From contig CAYWZZ010000002.1 in assembly GCA_964463005.1 (NCBI GenBank), positions 27,939 to 91,938 on the forward strand: a DNA stretch of 64,000 nt. Direction: 5' to 3'. Shown here one piece after another: positions 60,201 to 64,000 of this stretch; the stretch's first letter is position 1, and each line of letters opens with the position of its first letter. Source of the stretch: an uncultured Candidatus Bathyarchaeia archaeon (GTDB lineage Archaea > Thermoproteota > CALKCG01 > B24). The notes below the pieces were generated by a model. It ran no database searches and was not told the DNA's origin. It was given only the letters and a program-made list of their open reading frames with translations. Both the position numbers and the translations under genes were made by a program.

Positions 60201-60420
60201 TTCTGTAGCGGAGAATGCTATCTTTGATTATCTTATTCCAAGCGGTTCCAAGGTGAATGGAGCTTGTCACATACGGTGGTCCATCTAAGAAATAGAACTT
60301 CTCACCATGCTCGGAAAGCTTTTTAACCTTTTCATATATCTTGTTTTCAGCCCACAGTTTAGAGACTTCATCTTCAATCTTCTTAGGTTCATATGTTTTA
60401 GGTAAGAGGCCGACATGCAT
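57241..60420 (-). CDS. ileS: isoleucyl-tRNA synthetase
   Basis: Class-I HIGH-like motif (HLGTAWN), KMSKS-like motif, editing domain, C-terminal Zn motifs. Start placed at the internal ATG (MHVGLLPKTYEPKKIEDE...). Confidence 0.85.
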   Translation of the reverse strand: MHVGLLPKTYEPKKIEDEVSKLWAENKIYEKVKKLSEHGEKFYFLDGPPYVTSSIHLGTAWNKIIKDSILRYRRMRGFKVRDRPGFDMHGLPIEVMVERLLNIGSKKEIENRIGIDRFVEECERFALRNLKILTEQFKNLGVWMDWDNPYMTIKDEYIEATWLVVKKSEELGLLENVLRVTHWCPRCETALAAGYEVSQEYRDVEDPSIYVKFPLEGRENEYLLIWTTTPWTIPANIAVMAHPNYTYVRVKVGADVCILAKERVKPVFEEVGVEFEIIEEFEGRQLEGLKYKHPLAEEVPIQNEFKNAHMVVLSEEFVRLTEGTGLVHSAPGHGEEDFEVGLKYNLPVFSPVDHSGRFTSEAGKYVGMYIKEANKIIIEDLQKKGLLLWSGTVVHRYPHCWRCKTPLLLRATKQWVIRMSKLKENLIKENEKVKWVPEWAGKSRFGNWLVEVSDWVISRQRYWGVPLPIWICEKCGKRRVIGSKKELLEACNVKEIKLHRPWVDKLILKCECGGDMHRVADVIDVWMDSGSASWASLGYPSDDMEFKEWYPIDFIVEGHDQTRGWFYSLLACSTLVFNSAPYKCVAMHGFVLDETGREMHKSWGNYIAPEEVIEKYGRDVLRFYELQHTLWEDLRFSWKGVAEVFSFMNILWNVYVFASTYMNLDRFNPLRWNIEQVKGFMSPEDLWILSKTQHLVEKVTEAFENYHLHNAVKLLRDFMVEDVSRWYIRLIRRKMWIEEEAPEKLASYSTLYHVLKIFLLLSAPIIPFTCESIYQYVFRFAEPNQPESIHMHKWPQLDRSWRNTELEEAMDIVKDIVEASAKVRQEAGLKLRQPLKCALLKIPDELASKLKPLTNVLKEQVNVKELFFLKAGEDEKLWVKIAEPNMSTIGKEFKSKTPVVAEAIRKMSSDQINELINRQKCTLKVGGELLDIKPEHVSIKSKLVEGFAYAELVNGVLYLDVRIDRTLQAEGLSRDVVRRIQYMRKEMDLPVDAYIEVYVKVSNRETLDLLEETKAYITGEVRAKKLIFTLDEIPKTEYSKIWSLDGEELLIGINRILDK

Positions 60421-60571
60421 AAAATCACATCCATTCGGACTCGAGCTTCCACAATTTGGCTTAGCGGTTTTAGAGCTTAATTTTACACTCACCCATAGTC
60501 CTCAAGGTCATATTAACCTCGAAAGTCAGTATTTAAAAGTTACGTTACGTATTGTTTACAGTGATAGAAAT

Positions 60572-61336
60572 TTGTCAAGTAGGATTACGCTGGAGAAGCC
60601 CAGTCTAGAGGAGAGTTTAGAAGTGTTTAAACTTGGAATTAGCAATAGGAGAACGATCATAGTTGTAGGGGAATGTAGGATTGACTATTTTGGTAGAGGA
60701 CACTCTGAACTCGATTATGGAGATAGAGTTGTGATGATTAAAAGTGATGGAGCTTTAATGATACATAGACCCTTCGGTTTGGAACCCGTGAACTGGCAAC
60801 CCCTGGGAAGCATGTACAGAGTGTACATTGAAAATGGAAATCTAATTGTAGAAGCCTATAGGAGAAGCCCTGAGGAGAAAATCATAATGACTTTTAAGAG
60901 AATACTATTTCTTACATCTCTAAGTCTTAAAGACGATGCCTCATTCAGGCTTTATACGAGCGAAGAAGTAATGAAGAAAGCATTTATTAAACGTCCTGAA
61001 ATCGTCGAAAAAGGTCTTAGAGTGGTCTCAGAAGAGAAGAAAATTAAAAGCGGTTTAGTGGATTGCCTCTGCGTAGATTTAAACGGAAGAATTGTCGTCC
61101 TCGAGTTTAAGAGGAATAGGGCTGGTGTTGACGCAGTTGAACAGCTCTCGAACTATGTTCAAGAATTAAGAGCTGGCGGCTCAGAAGTTAGGGGAGTGTT
61201 GGTAGCACCTTCCTTGACTAGAGAAGCTTACGATAAATTGAAGAGTTTAAAATTGGAATTTAAAAGGCTTAGCGTTGAGAAGTTTATTGAAGTTTTAGAG
61301 TCTATAAGGGAGCGTCTAAGATTTCAGACTTCATAA
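60572..61336 (+). CDS. nucS: endonuclease NucS (EndoMS)
   Basis: LEKPSLEESLEV...GECRIDYFGRG...IKSDGALMIH...PVNWQP N-terminal domain. RecB-like C-terminus with D...EFK motif. Probable TTG start at 60572. Confidence 0.75.
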   Translation: MSSRITLEKPSLEESLEVFKLGISNRRTIIVVGECRIDYFGRGHSELDYGDRVVMIKSDGALMIHRPFGLEPVNWQPLGSMYRVYIENGNLIVEAYRRSPEEKIIMTFKRILFLTSLSLKDDASFRLYTSEEVMKKAFIKRPEIVEKGLRVVSEEKKIKSGLVDCLCVDLNGRIVVLEFKRNRAGVDAVEQLSNYVQELRAGGSEVRGVLVAPSLTREAYDKLKSLKLEFKRLSVEKFIEVLESIRERLRFQTS

Positions 61337-61375
61337 GCTAGCTTTAAATTTTCGTTTTAGAAATAAAAGTTTGAG

Positions 61376-61627
61376 ATGGATGGTTTAGTAGCCGTGGGTT
61401 TGACCGTATTTATAATTGGAGTCGCCTTGATCTTTATAGGATTTTTACTGGAGTTTCTAAAATGCTTGAGGAAGACGGGTAAAGTGAAGACAGCTGGAGC
61501 TGTTTTAATAGGACCATTTCCCATAGTATTTGGAGATAAGGATCTTGTAAAGTATTCGGTGGTTCTTTTAGTCTTGATGACTGCTTTAATTATAGTTTTA
61601 ATCATCGTATCAGGTGTTTTAATATGA
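61376..61627 (+). CDS. small integral membrane protein (2 TM)
   Basis: 83 aa, hydrophobic. Confidence 0.4.
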   Translation: MDGLVAVGLTVFIIGVALIFIGFLLEFLKCLRKTGKVKTAGAVLIGPFPIVFGDKDLVKYSVVLLVLMTALIIVLIIVSGVLI

Positions 61628-62052
61628 CCATCAAATGTGAAATCTGCGGCATCCGTAGTGCTAAGTATGTGTGTCAAAATTGTGGGTCTAGAGTATGCAC
61701 TTCATGCTTCGACTTAAGCTTAGAATTCTGCATAAAATGCGCAGAGAAAAGCCCTATTGAAGGGAGGTTAAAATACGGAGTTGGTTTTAAGATAATGGTT
61801 TTAGGCTTCGTCTTGAGTTTTCTAGGGATGCTTGTTATGATTATGTCAGCCATTTTCTCTGGAGAATTAAGCGGTTTAAGCTTTATAATCTTACTCCTAC
61901 CGATACCCATTGGCGTTGCAGCTGGTCCTTATGGTGGCATTCTACTGATTTTAGCTTTAGTTTTAACAGTTATCTTTATAACGATTCTAATATTAACAGG
62001 TAGAAGATACTTAAGACAGCGCCCTCCAGAAGGGTTGGCGAAAGGTGTTTAA
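61624..62052 (+). CDS. zinc-ribbon + 2-TM membrane protein
   Basis: CEICG...CQNCG...CTSC...CIKC ribbon, followed by hydrophobic helices. Confidence 0.45.
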   Translation: MTIKCEICGIRSAKYVCQNCGSRVCTSCFDLSLEFCIKCAEKSPIEGRLKYGVGFKIMVLGFVLSFLGMLVMIMSAIFSGELSGLSFIILLLPIPIGVAAGPYGGILLILALVLTVIFITILILTGRRYLRQRPPEGLAKGV

Positions 62053-62718
62053 ATGGCTGAAAAAGGTTTACTTAAAGAGTGGTTGACGAGAAGAAGACGT
62101 AATAGAAGCATCGAGCTCGCCTATAAGCAGATGAAAAGCTCAGTTGAGACGGTTGTGGAACTTAGAAGATGTTTAACGGCTATTATAGACGGGGATTTTA
62201 CGGAAGCTGAGAAAAGTATTGGAAGGCTTTTCCTTATGGAGATGGATGTGGATGAGCTTAGAAGGAAGGTTCTCATCGAGTTGGCTAAGGAGGAGCCTTC
62301 TAAATTTAGAGAAGATTTTACACATTTGGTTCAAGGATTGGATGTAATGGCTGACCATGTTAAAGATTCTGCTAGAAGCCTCCTAGTTCTTTTAAGAAAG
62401 AAGAAAATCGTGCCTAGGGAAGTCTGGGTAAGCTACCTTAACCTCGTAGACAATATCGTCCTGTGTACCAGAGCTCTTTTAAGAGCAATTGAAGAATTAA
62501 CCGACAAGAGTGAAGAAGTTATGCGCTACGTTATCGAAGTCGATAGGCTTGAAAATATTATAGATGAGCAGTATATATCAATTATGGAGACGCTTGTAGG
62601 ATCTGAAGAACTTAAACCCGGTGTTCTTATGACTTTGAAAAGCCTTTTAGAGTTTTTGGAGAATGCTGCTGATACTTGTGCTGGAACTGCTGAGTATATT
62701 AGAGTCCTCCTAGGCTGA
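62053..62718 (+). CDS. DUF47 (PhoU-like, TIGR00153) family protein
   Basis: Length and helical pattern typical of DUF47. Confidence 0.55.
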   Translation: MAEKGLLKEWLTRRRRNRSIELAYKQMKSSVETVVELRRCLTAIIDGDFTEAEKSIGRLFLMEMDVDELRRKVLIELAKEEPSKFREDFTHLVQGLDVMADHVKDSARSLLVLLRKKKIVPREVWVSYLNLVDNIVLCTRALLRAIEELTDKSEEVMRYVIEVDRLENIIDEQYISIMETLVGSEELKPGVLMTLKSLLEFLENAADTCAGTAEYIRVLLG

Positions 62719-62771
62719 ATGTGAAAAATTTATCAAAAGAAGAAGATAGTTTATGTATAACTTGAGGAAGT

Positions 62772-64000
62772 TTGACGATTTTAAAGTTCTATCTTTTAGA
62801 CATCGATAGCCGTTTTAGAGAAGGGGAGGTTGAAGTTAGACTTTGGGGTTTAACAGAAGATGATAGATGTGTTGTCCTATTAGATAATACGTTAAAGCCG
62901 TATTTTTATGCCGTTGCGGAAAACGTTGAATTATTGGAAAAGCGTTTAAGAACGATTAAAGATGTTAAAGGGTTTGAGTTGAAAGAGGCTAGAGTTTTCG
63001 GAAAACCAGTTAAAGCTTTTAAAGTTTACGTTTTAGACCCGGATAAGGTAGATTCTACGGCGGAGGTTGTTTCAAAACTTGAAGGTTGTGGAGGAGTCTA
63101 CGATGACGATTTAAGACATACTCAGCATTATCTTCTAGACTACGACGTTCAACCATGTGGATGGCATATAGTTGAAGTTGAGCCTACGGATAGGGAGGGT
63201 ATTAGGGTAGACGAGGCCTATAGACTTTTGAAGCCGCCAACTGCTATCGAATATCAGAGGAGTGCAACTTTCCGAGTCTTAGCTTTCTACATGATCCCGC
63301 TACCTTCCAAAGGTTCACCTAAGCCTGAGAGGGATAAGATTGCCTGTCTAGCTTTTAGAACGAGTGAAGGACACGCAGAGGTTTTAAACTCAGAGGACTT
63401 GACTGAAAGAACTTTGATTGAAAAGTTTATGGATTTAATTGAAAAGTTTAACCCAGACATCATAGTAGGCTATGGTACAAATGCTAGAGATTGGAGCTAT
63501 TTATCTAAAAGGGCTGAAGTTAACGGCTTGAGACTTAAGGTTGGTAGGGATGGGTCTGAACCACACAGAAGCCTTTATGGTCATATTTCAGTAGCTGGTA
63601 GAATAGCTCTAGATCTTTATGATTACGCTGAAGATATAGCAGATATAAAGATTAAGACCTTGGAAAACCTCGCCGCCTATCTAGGTGTTAAAGTAAAAGA
63701 AGAACCCATAGAGGAGTATGAAATATCAAAGTTATGGTCGTCGCGCGATGGAAGACGGAGGGTGCTAGACTATGCATTAGACAGGTGTAGAGTTATTATG
63801 GAGTGCTTCAGAGAATTTATTGAGTATGGTTGTCAACTTTCGAATCTAGTTTGCATACCTTTGGATCACGTATGTACGGCGGCCGTTGGATTTAGAGTTG
63901 AATCGTATCTCATGAAGTGTAGTAGGAAGTTTGGCGAAATAATACCTAAACGTGTTGAAAAGCCATACCAGCCCTACGCTGGAGCGATAGTCTTAGAGCC
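62772..64000 (+). CDS. polB: family-B DNA polymerase, N-terminal and exonuclease-like region (3'-partial, continues beyond window)
   Basis: The open frame from TTG 62772 to the window end reads (M)TILKFYLLDIDSRF...VRLWGLTEDD...KPYFYAV, the archaeal PolB N-terminus. The Exo I region reads LAFYMIPL instead of FDIET. Confidence 0.7.
   Translation, partial: MTILKFYLLDIDSRFREGEVEVRLWGLTEDDRCVVLLDNTLKPYFYAVAENVELLEKRLRTIKDVKGFELKEARVFGKPVKAFKVYVLDPDKVDSTAEVVSKLEGCGGVYDDDLRHTQHYLLDYDVQPCGWHIVEVEPTDREGIRVDEAYRLLKPPTAIEYQRSATFRVLAFYMIPLPSKGSPKPERDKIACLAFRTSEGHAEVLNSEDLTERTLIEKFMDLIEKFNPDIIVGYGTNARDWSYLSKRAEVNGLRLKVGRDGSEPHRSLYGHISVAGRIALDLYDYAEDIADIKIKTLENLAAYLGVKVKEEPIEEYEISKLWSSRDGRRRVLDYALDRCRVIMECFREFIEYGCQLSNLVCIPLDHVCTAAVGFRVESYLMKCSRKFGEIIPKRVEKPYQPYAGAIVLE

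Noticed and set aside
1-64000. CRISPR arrays, rRNA, integrase or transposase genes
   Set aside because: No spaced direct repeats, no rRNA-like conserved stretches, and no recombinase motifs were found on either strand.

Overview
This 64-kb window is a chromosomal segment of an archaeon, most likely a thermophilic member of the Thermoproteota (Crenarchaeota); the lineage is an inference from gene content. Evidence for an archaeon: fused ThiD-ThiN, ABCE1, ribosomal protein S3Ae, NucS, a family-B DNA polymerase, ribosome-binding sites of GGAGG/GGTG type, frequent TTG and GTG starts, and the AcnX/UbiD-type 'archaeal' mevalonate pathway. Coding density is high and most genes are housekeeping. They include a threonine biosynthesis operon (thrB-thrC-hom-lysC), glyA, a NAPRTase, thiC/thiDN, a tRNA-Lys(CTT), and a mevalonate/isoprenoid cluster (MVK-IPK-IDI2-GGPPS on one strand, UbiD-like decarboxylase plus AcnX large and small subunits on the other). 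Also present are aroC/pheA, ileS, ABCE1, a DHH RecJ-like protein and a dephospho-CoA kinase. The accessory or unusual content falls in five places. (1) A tightly overlapping minus-strand operon: a NagA-like deacetylase, a class-I aldolase paralog that lacks the Schiff-base lysine, a class-I FBP-aldolase fused to a C-terminal poly-[4Fe-4S] ferredoxin domain, and a tungsten-type aldehyde:ferredoxin oxidoreductase (AOR). I propose this as an undescribed aldolase-AOR aldehyde-oxidation module. (2) A 22.5-27.8 kb island: a secreted helical protein, a membrane-anchored wHTH regulator with a sequon-rich extracellular domain, an HTH-MNT/HEPN pair, and a membrane-anchored PA14-domain protein. (3) A 59-aa Glu/Trp-rich acidic mini-ORF with a good SD, lying in a GAR-repeat tract between an orphan ABC ATPase and ABCE1. 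(4) An 11-bp perfect inverted-repeat operator between an Lrp-like gene and a ferredoxin/AOR locus. (5) At least six genes interrupted by single-base frameshifts: a second AOR, a CaCA antiporter, a two-domain CE7-like esterase, a Memo-like protein, a DUF541 protein, and possibly others. Most of these frameshifts sit in homopolymer runs. Systematic sequencing or assembly indels therefore have to be excluded before any of them is called a pseudogene. No rRNA, CRISPR array, integrase or transposase was seen.
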